Shown one piece after another: positions 1 to 13,567 of a DNA stretch of 64,000 nucleotides (positions are counted from its first letter, which is position 1; every line of letters begins with the position of its first letter). The stretch is taken from positions 222,607 to 286,606 of the forward strand of contig NW_021836146.1 of assembly GCF_006345805.1 (NCBI RefSeq), in the 5' to 3' direction. The DNA is from Octopus sinensis (lineage: Eukaryota). The notes below the pieces were generated by a model that was given only the letters and a program-made list of their open reading frames with translations, made no database searches and was not told where the DNA came from. The position numbers were made by a program, and so were the translations under genes.

Positions 1-370
1 ACAACAGTGAAATAGAGCAACAAAGAAAAAGAGCAGAAAAATAAATATGAAGCCAAGAAGAAAAAAAAAACAAGAGGTGAAGTAGTAAAAAGAAAGGAAT
101 TAGAGGAAGAAATAAAGAGGAAGAAGTAAAAGAGAACAAGTGAGGAAAAGCCAAAAGAATGAGAAAATAAGTAAAAAAAAAAAAAAGAAATTGTGGAAAA
201 AAAAACCAAAGATGGTGAAGAAAATAAATGAGAAAAACAACAAAGAACAAAAGATAGCATTTGTGTCGAAGGACATGGAATAAGCTAATTTGTCGTTTGA
301 CATTTAAATATGTTGTATTTATGGTACTAATGTCATCCAAATAGAAGGTTGTGATCAATGTTCTAATCTA

Positions 371-1071
371 TAGGGGAGTCTGAAAGTCTTGTTAATCCCT
401 ACCAAAAAGTAATGACAACAATAAAACAAGTAATGCTGAAAGCCAAAGCACGAACTGGATTTAGTTTATTCACTTTGACACTGTCACACATCAAGAAAGC
501 CTGTATGACCACCATTATTTTCGTCGCACAAAATGAGGTGGTGCCATGTCCTATGTGACATTTTTCGAAGCTGTGCATTGATGATTGCTTCAAAGGCTCT
601 CTGAACGGTATCCTTCAACAGAAGGGTATTCTGGTATCATTCATGTGAAACTCTCTCCTTGATAATATCCCACAGAGCATTATCGCAAGACGTGAGGTCT
701 GAACTTCTGGGAGGCCAATCGACAGGTGCTGGAAGTTGTTGAGATCCTTGCCCTATCCATCTATCCTGCAAAACTTCATTTAGGTATTCTTGGACAGTGA
801 CTAGCATAGTGGGGTAGAGCACCATCTTGTTGAAACCAACAATCATTCAGGTCAATATTCAACCTTGGGAGTTGTGGAACAAGCCACTCCCTTAACATGG
901 CTAAGTAAGATTGTTGGTTAACAGTGCCCTCGAAGAAATAGGGTCCTATCAGGTACTTGATGTGATGGCCCAAATCATTACATGTGGGGGTTGTGCTAGA
1001 ATAAAAAATAATGATAATAATGACAATAATAAGCAATATGTAGGGAGTATTAAGATTTTTGGACCACCTTG
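371..1071 (-). mobile_element. Internally deleted Tc1/mariner DNA transposon (rosa/DD41D-like), C-terminal transposase remnant with degraded TIRs
   Basis: Frameshifted minus-strand motifs PHVMIWA..LIGPYFFEGTVN, WFQQDGALPHY and RWIG..WPPRSSDLTSCD. 34-nt inverted ends at 369-402 and 1040-1073 match 24/34 and end in TA. Confidence 0.85.
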
Positions 1072-1394
1072 TACAATAAGAAATGAATTGCATGGAGTAA
1101 TTCAACTGACTCTATAAATCTTGATCAGTTATACTGAAATTAAAGAAGGTCTTGTAATTTAAATATTTACAAGTTAAAAGCTCAGAAAACTTTACATTTA
1201 GTGGCATTACTTGAAACATGTGAAATCTGCTATCCTTAATATCATCATACAGCCCCTATGCAGCCACATTCTTTCACATGTAAATATGTATGCCGGAAGA
1301 CTGTTTCAACATACTCCAAAATTCTATCTCAATTGTGCCCATCCTTTTCTGCTTCTCCTGCATGAGAAAAAAATATTCTGAATACTGCTTCTAT

Positions 1395-1925
1395 ATCACA
1401 TCATTGGAATTTTGATCACAGAAGACATAAGATGTGTGAAGGATCTCAAAGACAAATAATGCTGGCAAAATTTGCATTCCCAAAATTGTATAACACCTTG
1501 AGAAACTGTACTCTGATCCATATACTGAACTGCTATGCCTATCCTGTGTTAATGGAAGCAAGATCTATAGCATTAAAAACAAGAAGGTGTTTGGGGAGCT
1601 GTGAAATGTGGTTCTTGAGTAGAGTATTGAGGATAGCATAGACAGACAAAGTGTCTAATGAAGTGATGACCTGGGCTGCAGTAAATGGGAAACTAAGATT
1701 TAAGTGAAGGAAGGCCTGGAGAATTTAGCAATGACCAGAAAATTTGAAGATAAAAAAAAGCAGAGGAAGGAGAAAGATGATAAGAATGTCAAGCTTGACA
1801 ATTTGGTTGGGAGAAAGAGGCATTAAACTCCAGGAGGGGGAACTGTTACAGAAAATAAAGAAAATCGTGGCAGGACATGATCGCCTATGTCCTACATTCT
1901 GGACATGGCACCTAAAGAAAGAAAG
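1395..1925 (+). mobile_element. RTE-clade LINE, degraded 3' fragment of ORF2
   Basis: Broken frames give ITEDIRC..MLAKFAF, LNCYAYPVL, CEMWFLSRVLRIA*TDKVSNEV and KKSRGR, typical of the RTE post-RT C-terminus. Confidence 0.75.
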
Positions 1926-2594
1926 GAATATCAAAAACAATCTTTTATAAATGCTGTTTTGTTGTAAGAAACACTATCAAAACTGCCTGGAATCATTATC
2001 TGCCTTACTGTGCTCTATACAGTACCAATAGCTAATTACAAATCTTTAGAGTGAGCAACAGTATTTGAAGCAAAACTAGACCACCAGACATGTTGACTAC
2101 AAATTCTCTCAATAAGTTTAATGATATCACTATGCTATGAGCATACTCAGGAATAGCTTAGTCATTAATAACAAGAATATAGTTCAAGTAATTATACATT
2201 TTCTCATATAGTAAACATTTCAAATAACCATGCAACTCAAAACATTGTGCCAGAAACATTTTTTTTTTAACTTCAATAAATACCATAGTGTAATGGTAAT
2301 CTTTATACAATTTAGTTTTAATTTCAAGTCATAGTTCTTAATATCATTTACATTGCTAATTCCATGTAAAAATCAACTCATCTTCTCTCTTGTATTCCCC
2401 GAAGGTCTAACATTCTATGAATAAAAATAAAAATAATACTGTTCAATCAATATAATTGTATAATCTATTTGTAAAATCAGAAGCAAAAATTACTCAAAGT
2501 TTTGAGAAATATGAAATAATAAAAAAAACTAAGAAAATATCAACAATTATCTATGAGTGATGTTATACAGCATATTTGTTTTTATATTATATAT

Positions 2595-3036
2595 TACTTG
2601 TTTCAATTTATTTAGACTGCCGCCATCCTGGGGCACCATCTTGAGGAATTTTTAGCCAAAGGAATTGATCTCAGCACTTGAAATTTTTTTAAAGCTTGGT
2701 ACTTATTCTATTTGTCTCTTCTTGCCAAACTGCTAAGTTATGTGGATGTAAACACACCAACAATGCTTGTCAAGTACTGTGTCTGATGGTACAAGTCTCC
2801 ATACTCATTATTATTATTAATACTAATATACACTCACACACACATGCATATATACATATATGTATGTATGTGTATGTATGATGATCTTCTTTCAGTTTCT
2901 GTCAAACATATTCATTCAAGGTCTTGTTTGACTCAAGGCTACAATAGAAGACACTTGCTGAAGGTGCCATGCAGTGGGACTGAACCCAGGACCATGTTGT
3001 TGGGAAGCAAACTTCTTAAATCAAACAGCCACACCT
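2595..3036 (-). mobile_element. SINE family A (tRNA-like head, internal microsatellite, conserved tail), CpG-decayed copy
   Basis: Homologous to the intact copies at 23430, 47488 and 50785. Confidence 0.85.
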
Positions 3037-3534
3037 TCTGAATTTTAAACTAATTTTTTTTAAATCATCTTATACTATAAAGTAACTTAAAATTTAATAT
3101 AGGGCACATGCATGCAATATACAATCAGAATATTAAAACAGTAGTATCTTATAAATTCATATTTATGAAGTAAAAAACAAATATTTTACAGAAAGTGCAT
3201 TTTTATCTAAATGAAATGATGGCACTCTGAAACAATAACTGAACACTTTCAGCAAATAATTTTCAACAAAATGAAGTTTCACTTGTAACAACCAATCAAT
3301 TCAATTATAAATAATCACTTGATCCATCTCATTACATTCTTCCCAACAATTATAAGAAATTTTGCATTTAAAGAAAGTTAAGAAAAATATTTTTAGAAAA
3401 CAATTTAAAGTTGTTTTTTTTTCTTTCACTCTTGATTACACAAACTAATTGTTATTGTTTATTATGCATTATTGCAGGTTTTGATTATTTTTATTATTTT
3501 AAACTTCACAATTTAAATTTTTCCCTAATTAAAG

Positions 3535-3630
3535 GTAGTAGCGATAGCTGTGGCAAACGATACTAATTTTGTCTCTTGGTCAATTGTAAAAGAAATTAAA
3601 ATTAATTTCAGTAACTCCAATTCAACGGAG
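3535..3630 (+). CDS. Candidate internal coding exon VVAIAVANDTNFVSWSIVKEIKINFSNSNSTE, product unknown
   Basis: ttttccctaattaaAG acceptor, GAG/GTgtgt donor, 96 nt open, phase 0-0, retains CpGs in a CpG-poor zone. No homology recognised. Confidence 0.3.
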
Positions 3631-4491
3631 GTGTGTGTATACAGTTAAATGAAGAGAATAACTAACCTAAATAGCATATTGCTGTTTATTTTATCAACAC
3701 CAAGACAACTCTGATTAGTTTTTAAATCAAATCATTGAGACAATGAGCATCAGTTTGAAGGAATATATTTTATCTATAGACAAAGGGATAAAATTTACTT
3801 CCTAAATAAATTCACCACGAAATTTAACACCACACCAAAGAAACAATTATTAAGAAATAGTCATTTTTATAGTAAATATAAGTAGATAATATAACAATAT
3901 TTACATATTTCAACTGCATCATTATTTCATATAATTTATTCAAATTTAATTCGATATTTCACCAACAACTTGTGCACGTACTAAGTGCAATGCTGCATGA
4001 CAGTGTGATTCAGGCTTTGAATGTGAAAACATAGTGAAAGGCACAAAAAAGTGTGGTGATATGAATATGAACACCAGCACAAAATAAGCTGAGAAAAAAC
4101 TGGATGGATATAAGTAGAATTAGATGTAGTACGCAACAGAGGAGACTGTAATGATAATGATGTGTGATGCATAAAGGGAATGCCAGTCGTATAATGCTCT
4201 CCAGGTGGATGGAAACGGGGACAAAATGTGAAAACTAACCTTAAGACCTGAATTTCAGCCAGCATGGAAAATGGACACATTACAGGACGACGATGATGAT
4301 GATCAAGGATCATGTCTTGTGAAGACCTCCCAACCTATGTAAAAATAGTCCTTTTGTGTTGAGGATAGGACTGTCTATCCAGTGTTGGAGTCACAATAAA
4401 CATGAACTTAGTACACTGTATAGTGGTTGGCATCAAAAAGGGCATCATATATATGTGTGTGTGTATATATAAATGTATAAACACACGCACA

Positions 4492-4693
4492 CAAGGGGTG
4501 CTGAAAAAATCCTGGCTTTGGGTAAAAGAAAAGACACGAGGACCAGTTAATTATGATTTTATTCAATATATTCACACACTTATTGCAACAATCCTTCAGT
4601 TTTTCTAAGCCTTGTAAAGAATGTCAGAAGGTTGGGCCTCCAACCAGGTCTTTCGCAATATCTTTAAGGCCAGGAACTTTTCAGTACCCATCT

Positions 4694-4695
<2 letters not shown>
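4492..4695. mobile_element. Mariner-type MITE
   Basis: Imperfect TIRs CAAGGGGTGCTGAAAAAATCCTGGC / CAAGATGGGTACTGAAAAGTTCCTGGC, TA at the right end; second family member at 40715-40915. Confidence 0.7.
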
Positions 4696-4727
<32 letters not shown>

Positions 4728-4730
<3 letters not shown>

Positions 4731-5045
4731 AGATGTACTTGCATAGCAAGTGACTTGCTTTAAGATCGTGTGCTGAAATAAAAACAACTGCAGAGTGGAA
4801 GGTGTTTATAAGCCATTTAAAAACACAAAAACCGTTAGATTCACTTCAACATTTAAATTTAATTAGTCATAATATTTTCATCACTTTGAAACTGCGACCT
4901 GCAGCATGGAATTTTGTCCGTGAACAGTTCATGGTTTCAAAATGACAAAAATAGCCTGACAAATTAAATTTAAATGTTGAAGTGAATCTAATGGTTTTTG
5001 CATGTTTTTAAATGGCTTATAAACACCTTCCTCGCTGCAATTGCT
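4728..5045. repeat. Fold-back element with ~85-bp inverted arms, embedded in (TA)n
   Basis: 4786-4870 is the reverse complement of 4957-5042; (TA)n on both sides. Confidence 0.75.
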
Positions 5046-5121
5046 TATATATATATATATATATATATATTTAATAAATTAAAGGTGGGGGTCTTGTTAG
5101 CAATTAGAACCTAATGCCAAA

Positions 5122-5238
5122 ATTAATAGAGGTCACGATACGGCTATATATGCTGGGGACGTTTTGTTAATTGAACTCTTATTTTAGCATAAGTGGTGCT
5201 AGTCAGCACCCACCATCACTTTTGTGACCTCCATTAAT
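5122..5238. mobile_element. Small MITE-like element
   Basis: 15-bp inverted ends ATTAATAGAGGTCAC / GTGACCTCCATTAAT (1 mismatch). Confidence 0.4.
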
Positions 5239-5451
5239 GTGTGTGTGTGTGGGGGGGTATAAATATACACACATATACAAAGGTGCAGATACATATAATT
5301 TTATTTAAAGATAAGCATTCACTGTAGACGGATACACTACACACATAGAATGTTACACATTTCTCAAACAAGTTTGGATGATTACATTTCTAAGTGCAGA
5401 TGCAAGTGTGTTATCATGCTACACTAATATATAAAAAAATGGACATATTCT

Positions 5452-5510
<59 letters not shown>

Positions 5511-6230
5511 TCATATATATATATATATAGAGAGAGAGTATATAAAGTAATCTCTAGTACAAATTTTACACAAAGATTCATGCCTTCCAGAGTATATGTT
5601 TTACACACCCACTCAAAACATGTATACTTTTTCTTCACAAACTCAGAAGCAGTCATACATACATACATATGCACTTCTTTTCATGTATATAAGATAATTT
5701 AATCCAATGGATAGTCATGCATATTTATATACAATGTATAAAAGCAATGGGAAATATATTTCAAAACTATGTCACACTCTGATATATTACATAAATGCAT
5801 ATAACTCATCTGGTATTGAAAAACATGTACATCACGACACCTTTAGATTTACTTTTTTTTTTTTTTTTGCTGCCTAAGATATATTTTTAAATAGTTTGTT
5901 TTGCATTGAAAAAAAAAATACATCGAAGTTCTTTTAAATCCAAAATAAGTAAAAAAAATATCATAAGGCTACTTTTAAGAAAGTTTGCAAAAAAAAAAAA
6001 AGGTTTAGAAAAGCTTCCCTAATTTTGATACATCATACATATGCTGCATGTGCATACTGCGTGTACCAATTTGTATTTGAATATGAAAAAAAAAAAACAA
6101 GATGCGAAACTCTGCATAGGGAAATAAGAGTGTCGCAAGTTTGAATAAATGAATGAAGCCTATTACATGTAATCATTTCCTTTGTTTGTAAATCTGAAAA
6201 TATCCATAAGTATATCATAAAGACACACAG

Positions 6231-6800
6231 AGGTGCAGGCATGGCTGTGTGGTAAGAAGCTTGCTTCCCAACCACATGATTAGGTTCAGTCCCACTGCAT
6301 GGGACCTTGGGCAAGTGTCTTCTATTATAGCCTCAGGCTGACGAAAGCCTTGAGTGGATTTGGTAGACAGAAACTGAAAGATGCCCATCGTATGCATATA
6401 TATATATATATATATATATCATCATCGTCGTTGTTTAACGTCCGCTTTCCATGCTGGCATGGGTTAGACTGTTTGACTGAGGGCTGGCAAGCTAGAAGGC
6501 TGCACCCGGCTCCAATCCGATCAGGCAAGGTTTCTACAGCTGAATGCCCTTTCTAACACCAACCACTCTGAGAGTGTATATACATGTATATATTTGTGTC
6601 TGTGCCTGTCCCCACCCACCATCACTTGACAACCGATGTTGGTGTGTTTACATCTCCATAACTTAGCAGTTCAGCAATAAAGACCTATAGAATAAGTACT
6701 AGGGTTACAAAGAATAAGTCCCGGGGTCGATTTGTTTTACTAAAGGCAGTGTTCCAGCATGGCCACCGTCATATGACTGAAACAAGTAAAAGAATAAAAG
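6231..6800 (+). mobile_element. SINE family A with a nested family-D fragment at 6420-6576
   Basis: Head 6231-6395, (TA)n, inserted minus-strand D tail, then the A tail to 6800. Confidence 0.85.
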
Positions 6801-6879
6801 AATACACACACATACATACTTATGTATGTGCAAATCTGTGCCTATATATTTGTGTGTGTGTGTGTGTGTGTATATGTAT

Positions 6880-7020
6880 TTAGCGGTTCGGCAAAAGAGA
6901 CCGATAGAATAAGTACTGGGCTTACAAAGAATAAGTCCCGGGATCGAGTTGCTCGACTAAAGGCGGTGCTCCAGCATGGCCGCAGTCAAATGACTGAAAC
7001 AAGTAAAAGAGTAAAAGAGT
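6880..7020 (+). mobile_element. SINE family A, 3' portion
   Basis: TTAGCGGTTCGGCAAAAGAGACCGATAG...GAAACAAGTAAAAGAG, as in the full copies. Confidence 0.85.
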
Positions 7021-7695
7021 AGAGAGTATATATATACGTGTGTGTGTGTATGTATATATATATATATATATATATATACATGTGTGTGTGTGTCTGTGTC
7101 TGAGTGTGGCATATTAAAAGCAGCTGACAGCCTAACACTGGTACACCTTTTTGCTTCCGCCTCACCATTAACAAGACTTAAATGCTACTGGTGAAATAAC
7201 AAATTAAAAATGAAACCTTTACTAAAAGTTTCTATTTATCTAACAGTAAATTTGTCCTATGTGTGTGTAAGTAAATACGAGCAAATAATTCACTTACAAC
7301 AGGAACAAGAAAATATGCAAATTTCCAATGCATTTTATTTTCAACTATAGTATTTAATTATTTACATCTTGAATATAAAGGGAGTTTGCCACTGAGATGC
7401 TCTCTTTCCTAGCGACCCTAAAAACATATTGTTTGAGGTTTGATCCAGGCCTGATTAGATGTTTGGGGTTCATCCGAACCTGCCATTTCTACCACCATCT
7501 ATATATGTGAATATGCATACATAAACCACCAGAAAGCAACTTGGGAAATAATGATGTTGAAGAAAATTCTTTGGTATGTATATGTGTGTAAATATACATA
7601 CAAATATGCACACACATATACACATATAAATATATATATATACATATATATACAGACATACACACACTACACACACACATCTGTATATGCACATC

Positions 7696-7935
7696 CATCA
7701 TCATCATCATTTAACGTCCGTTTTCCATGCTGGCATGGGTTGGACAATTTGACTGAGGTCTGCAAAGCCAGCGGCTGCACCAGGCTCCAATCTGTTCTGG
7801 CAATGTTTCTATAGCTGGATACCCTTCCTAATGCCAACCACTTCAAGAGTGTAGTGAGTGCTTTTTACGTGCCACTGGCACAGCAGCCAGTCAGGTGGTC
7901 CTGGCATCGACCACATTCGGATGGTACTTTTATGC
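7696..7935 (-). mobile_element. Retroposon family D with (GAT)n tail (SINE or LINE 3' end)
   Basis: Homologous to 6420-6576; a tail remnant also lies at about 4255-4312 (+). Confidence 0.7.
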
Positions 7936-8713
7936 ATATTTCTATTTATTGTTATCGTTGCATTTCTATCTACTACAATCAGAACAAACCAGTAAATAAT
8001 GCACCACAGAGCATATGAATTAACTCTATATGATTAGAACAAGGCTAGAAATAATTTCTTACATAGAATTAATGATTTCACTTGGAAAAGAAAATGACCA
8101 CGGATGAACAGCTCCAATCTGATATTATTTTATTAATAACCTCTAGTTCCAGTCAACCATTTCTTTATGTCCAAATTGAAATAAAATCAAGATATTCTAA
8201 TTAGAGGTGTTAGTACACTATCATTTTTAATGATCGATTACAGTGCACAACTAATTTATTGGAATACTTTAATGCTTTAGTCAAATATATTCATATGGTT
8301 AAAAACATATGGAAATATTTTGAAATCTATTTATATATTGCCCTGAAGAATTTAGTATTAGTAGTAAGCAAAGTTTATATAAATAGCTACTACTAGAATA
8401 TATGGAATTTAAGAAATGATCAACTGCACAGATTCAAAATATTTTAACTTGAAAAAGAAAAAAAAAAGAAAACAGAAAAAATATATGTAAACCAGTGTTG
8501 TTATAACGAAAAGACTTAGGAAAATGTGGATCTATTGCAAGTTTAGCAAAATGAAAGAAATGTAATTGCTAGAGTTACGTCAAAGGTGATTTAAACCTCA
8601 GATATATCCATTGCTGTTCTACAAGAAAAATATAGGAAGATATATAGATATATAGAAATTTCTTTTTTAATAATGCTTCAAAGAAGAATGTTTCAAAATA
8701 AAAATTCTCAAAG

Positions 8714-8763
<50 letters not shown>

Positions 8764-10378
8764 GTATGTACATACAAATATTAATTATTAAAGAGGGAAG
8801 TAGTAATACCAAAAGGTAATCTTAATAAGGATGTCTTGTTAGCACACCAAATACTGCACTACTAACACACAAACAGATAGGTATTACATAATCTATATAT
8901 ATAGTATATATAGATATTACTTAATATATATATTGTATAAAATTTTATATTTATACATGTTCATGCATTTGTTTTGCAAAATTCATACATACAGACATAT
9001 ACACACATACACATAATATATATGTACAGATATATATATAAATACACATATACCTGTGAACATACAAACACACACAGAGGAAATTTTATAATTAGCATAT
9101 GGACAACCGGTAGTAGTACTTTTAAACCACTAGATAAGAATCTATATTGTTTTTTATTCTTTTACTTTTTACTTCATTAGACTGCAGCATGCTGGGGCAC
9201 TGACATGAAAGGTAAAGTTGATTCTAACAACTCCAATTCTTAGTTTTATGCTTGGTACTTATTCATTTTATTGATATCTAGGGTAGTTAAGAAGCAAAAA
9301 CAGAAAATGTTCAAAGGTGATAACCTTTGATAACCAGTGAAGCATGAATATCTGTGTGAACAGGCACGCAGAAAACATGCAGTGCTTTTTAAGAATATTC
9401 CAAACATGACCATCACGTTTTTAAAAATACCTCAAATATGACCATCCTATCCTTTTTTAAAGCATTCCAACTGTGACCATTTTGTATCTTTTTTAAAGAA
9501 AAATACAGATATCCCTAATGTCATGCCTTACCATTTTCTAAAAGACATTGTATAATGGAGCCTGGGTTAAGCAGCCTGAAAATTATGGGGTAGTCATGGA
9601 CATAATGCCTTCCATACTGGATCTGCTGGATCAGCACTGACCTGGGCCTAAACAATAACAACTAATAGCATATTCATGTATGTATATGTCCTAGAAATAG
9701 CAGCTACATTGTTCCACACATACTGACATATATGATGTGCTTCTGCATAGTTTCCCTCTACCAAATTTCATTCACAAAACATTGATTACCACAAGACTAC
9801 AGCAGAAGATCCTTGTCCAAGATGCCATACCAAGGTCCACTCTTGAATCACAAATATCGTGAAAGGAATTTCTTAACCACAGAGCCATGCCTGTGTGTAT
9901 GTGTGTCGCTCCCTCTATCTGTATGTATGTGTGTGTATGTATGTATGTATCTGTGTATGTGTGTGTCGCATGAAGGATGTATTTATCCCACAAAAATAGA
10001 TAAGGAAACAAGTTTCTTCTTGCTTTTCAAAAACGTAAAAATAACTAAACAGAATGGCCAAAAACTTTACTGCTTTGAACACAGAAGATAAATTCAAACA
10101 AAAAGAATAAAACTATTCAAACAAACTGTCTTCAATAGCAGTTCATCTTCAGAGAGTGTCGTCTGCATTCTTGTGACAGGTTGTAATATTTCAGAGTTTC
10201 TCTATGTGTATGTCAGAGTTTGTCCTATGTGTGTGTGTAAAGTAGGGGCTGGAATTTTTCCGTTGAAAGTAGACATATACTTTCTTTCTTTCATGCCAAT
10301 TCTAATGAAAAAATATAATAATGAATAGCTTCGAAAGGACTGGGCGGGAATCTCGTGTAAATTTACATTCTATTTTAG

Positions 10379-10471
10379 GTCACGGAATCAGGAAGTTTGG
10401 GAATACCGTGTCGAAGTTATAAATTGTCCGACAGCAAATCAATTGAAGCTTAGTTTAGCTCCAGCTATGTG
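10379..10471 (+). CDS. Candidate exon (R)SRNQEVWEYRVEVINCPTANQLKLSLAPAM(W/C), product unknown
   Basis: ttctattttAG acceptor, TG/GTaaag donor, 93 nt open, phase 2-2, CpG-retaining. Confidence 0.3.
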
Positions 10472-10850
10472 GTAAAGTTAAATTAAAACGTGTATAAATG
10501 TTTTCGACAAGCAACACACAAGCTGAAGATGTCAGACGCTTTCATTTTGATTTCTATTTGGAATTGGAAGTGGTTGTCACTACTTGTCGTGGTACAATAC
10601 TAATTTATCTTATTGATTTTGTTCCATAGCCATCACCCCCTCGTGCACGCTAACAAACAATGGAATGTAGCAAAGAAAGAGAGTGGAACATAAAGCTCTG
10701 AAGTCTGACATTGTACTGATAAGATGCAATTCTTTCAAATTGGATATGGTTTGCCGAAAGATAGCCAAGTATTAACTTTTAGAAAATGCAACACTGATAG
10801 TTTTCACATGGCGAGTATTAATCAGATAGAGTAATACGATAAAATCAACT

Positions 10851-10912
<62 letters not shown>

Positions 10913-11572
10913 AATGAGAGAGGCATGAAGCAAGAGTCATGTAACTGAAGTAAAATGACAATTATTTTATACTACTGATAAAAACCAAAAGGTATTCCAA
11001 TCAAAATTAGACAATTTAGCTTAGTTTTTTGACTCTTGGATATTCAATTTGGATTATGAGACAACTTAAGTTTCTAAATTAATCTACAAACTGAAAAGGT
11101 CTAAGCTGCACAACTGCACAAGGGAGGAGAAAGTGAAAGAGCAAAAGATAATATAGGAGAATAAAAGTGCAAGGAGAATAAAAGTGCAAGGGCAGAAGAA
11201 ATGACATAAAGCAAGTGTGAGTACTCTCACTTCACATTGTTTCAATTCAAATGGTGACCATGTATATTTTGCTTATGCCTGTTTTTATATTTTCAACTTC
11301 AAAAAGAAAATTAAAACATTTCAAATTTCCAGAAAGTGAAATACTAATACTTTCATTTCTTAATACATATTACTTGCATTGTATTTCTTATCATTCGATG
11401 TTCAGAACATGAATCCCTACTTTTACTATTGTATACACAATACTTTGCTTATTTTACTTGTGTATGTTCGAACTTTATTAGCATTAGACACTTTCACCGA
11501 CACCAGTGACTTTTGCAGTTTCATTTCCCTTTTTTTTTGTGCTTCATTACTGAAATCTGAAAGGTTCCTTAC

Positions 11573-11631
11573 TTTGTCATTGTCAAGTAATATTTCAAAA
11601 GATTTTATAACAGAAAGTGTTATCCAAGATC
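11573..11631 (-). CDS. Candidate exon (G)SWITLSVIKSFEILLDNDK, duplicated at 12922-12980
   Basis: ctcttctttactatgcAG acceptor, AAA/GTaagg donor; the frame stays open for about 45 more codons. No homology recognised. Confidence 0.25.
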
Positions 11632-12053
11632 CTGCATAGTAAAGAAGAGTAAAATCTTGTTTCTAAATAATTATCCTCACATTGCAATGATAAATCTCCG
11701 AGCGAGATGTAAACAGTAAGCGCTAGTAGACTATCCTCACATTAATTTATCTAAATCACTCGAAACCAAGAACTAACATTTTAATTGTATTGTAAGGAGA
11801 AAAACTCTACATATGTTACAAAAAATGTTGTGTGAAAAAAGTGTAGTAGAATACAGATATATATGTAACACATAGGAATTACATTTTATAATTTATATTT
11901 AACTACAAAAAGTCAAATGAAGATCTACACAAGAACCATGAAACTTAACAACAAATAAGAAAAAGATATAAAACTGCAGCTTAAATGATGAAACAACTGT
12001 TTAATTGAAAAAGTGTTATTTCCAATAATGAAACCAAGTAAAGGGTCCAAAAT

Positions 12054-12230
12054 AGGTGCAGGAGTGGCTGTGTGGTAAGTAGCTTGCTTACCAACTACAT
12101 GGTTCCGGGTTCAGTCCCACTGCGTGGCACCTTGGGCAAGTGTCTTCTACTATAGCCTCGGGCTGACCAAAGCCTTGTGAGTGGATTGGTAGATAGAAAC
12201 TGAAAGAAGCCCGTCGTATATATGTATATA
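12054..12230 (+). mobile_element. SINE family A, 5' half only (product of the tandem duplication)
   Basis: Identical to the 5' half of 13403-13826 and ends in (TA)n. Confidence 0.9.
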
Positions 12231-13402
12231 TATATATATATAATATATATATATATATATAAATGAGAGAGGCATGAAGCAAGAGTCATGTAACTGAAGT
12301 AAAATGACAATTATTTTATACTACTGATAAAAACCAAAAGGTATTCCAATCAAAATTAGACAATTTAGCTTAGTTTTTTGACTCTTGGATATTCAATTTG
12401 GATTATGAGACAACTTAAGTTTCTAAATTAATCTACAAACTGAAAAGGTCTAAGCTGCACAACTGCACAAGGGAGGAGAAAGTGAAAGAGCAAAAGATAA
12501 TATAGGAGAATAAAAGTGCAAGGAGAATAAAAGTGCAAGGGCAGAAGAAATGACATAAAGCAAGTGTGAGTACTCTCACTTCACATTGTTTCAATTCAAA
12601 TGGTGACCATGTATATTTTGCTTATGCCTGTTTTTATATTTTCAACTTCAAAAAGAAAATTAAAACATTTCAAATTTCCAGAAAGTGAAATACTAATACT
12701 TTCATTTCTTAATACATATTACTTGCATTGTATTTCTTATCATTCGATGTTCAGAACATGAATCCCTACTTTTACTATTGTATACACAATACTTTGCTTA
12801 TTTTACTTGTGTATGTTCGAACTTTATTAGCATTAGACACTTTCACCGACACCAGTGACTTTTGCAGTTTCATTTCCCTTTTTTTTTGTGCTTCATTACT
12901 GAAATCTGAAAGGTTCCTTACTTTGTCATTGTCAAGTAATATTTCAAAAGATTTTATAACAGAAAGTGTTATCCAAGATCCTGCATAGTAAAGAAGAGTA
13001 AAATCTTGTTTCTAAATAATTATCCTCACATTGCAATGATAAATCTCCGAGCGAGATGTAAACAGTAAGCGCTAGTAGACTATCCTCACATTAATTTATC
13101 TAAATCACTCGAAACCAAGAACTAACATTTTAATTGTATTGTAAGGAGAAAAACTCTACATATGTTACAAAAAATGTTGTGTGAAAAAAGTGTAGTAGAA
13201 TACAGATATATATGTAACACATAGGAATTACATTTTATAATTTATATTTAACTACAAAAAGTCAAATGAAGATCTACACAAGAACCATGAAACTTAACAA
13301 CAAATAAGAAAAAGATATAAAACTGCAGCTTAAATGATGAAACAACTGTTTAATTGAAAAAGTGTTATTTCCAATAATGAAACCAAGTAAAGGGTCCAAA
13401 AT

Positions 13403-13567
13403 AGGTGCAGGAGTGGCTGTGTGGTAAGTAGCTTGCTTACCAACTACATGGTTCCGGGTTCAGTCCCACTGCGTGGCACCTTGGGCAAGTGTCTTCTACT
13501 ATAGCCTCGGGCTGACCAAAGCCTTGTGAGTGGATTGGTAGATAGAAACTGAAAGAAGCCCGTCGTA

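Noticed and set aside
7298-10167. Minus-strand chain MQTTLSEDELLLKT / IGAVHPWSFSFPSEIINS (8063-8118) / MVARKESISVANSLYIQD (7366-7417)
   Set aside because: Phases can be made to fit, but several splice sites are weak, alternative frames are equally open, and no protein family is recognisable.
10640-10790. Minus-strand peptide ILGYLSANHIQFE resembling SH3BGR VLGFLEANKIGFE
   Set aside because: Similarity stops after 13 residues and no flanking exons were found; probably chance.
11379-12988. Identical 86-aa plus-strand ORF present twice
   Set aside because: It recurs only because of the tandem duplication and is the antisense frame of the better-supported minus-strand candidate exon.
13403-13480. 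tRNA-like heads of SINEs A, B and C
   Set aside because: They have A/B-box-like motifs but no complete cloverleaf and run into SINE bodies, so they are not functional tRNA genes.
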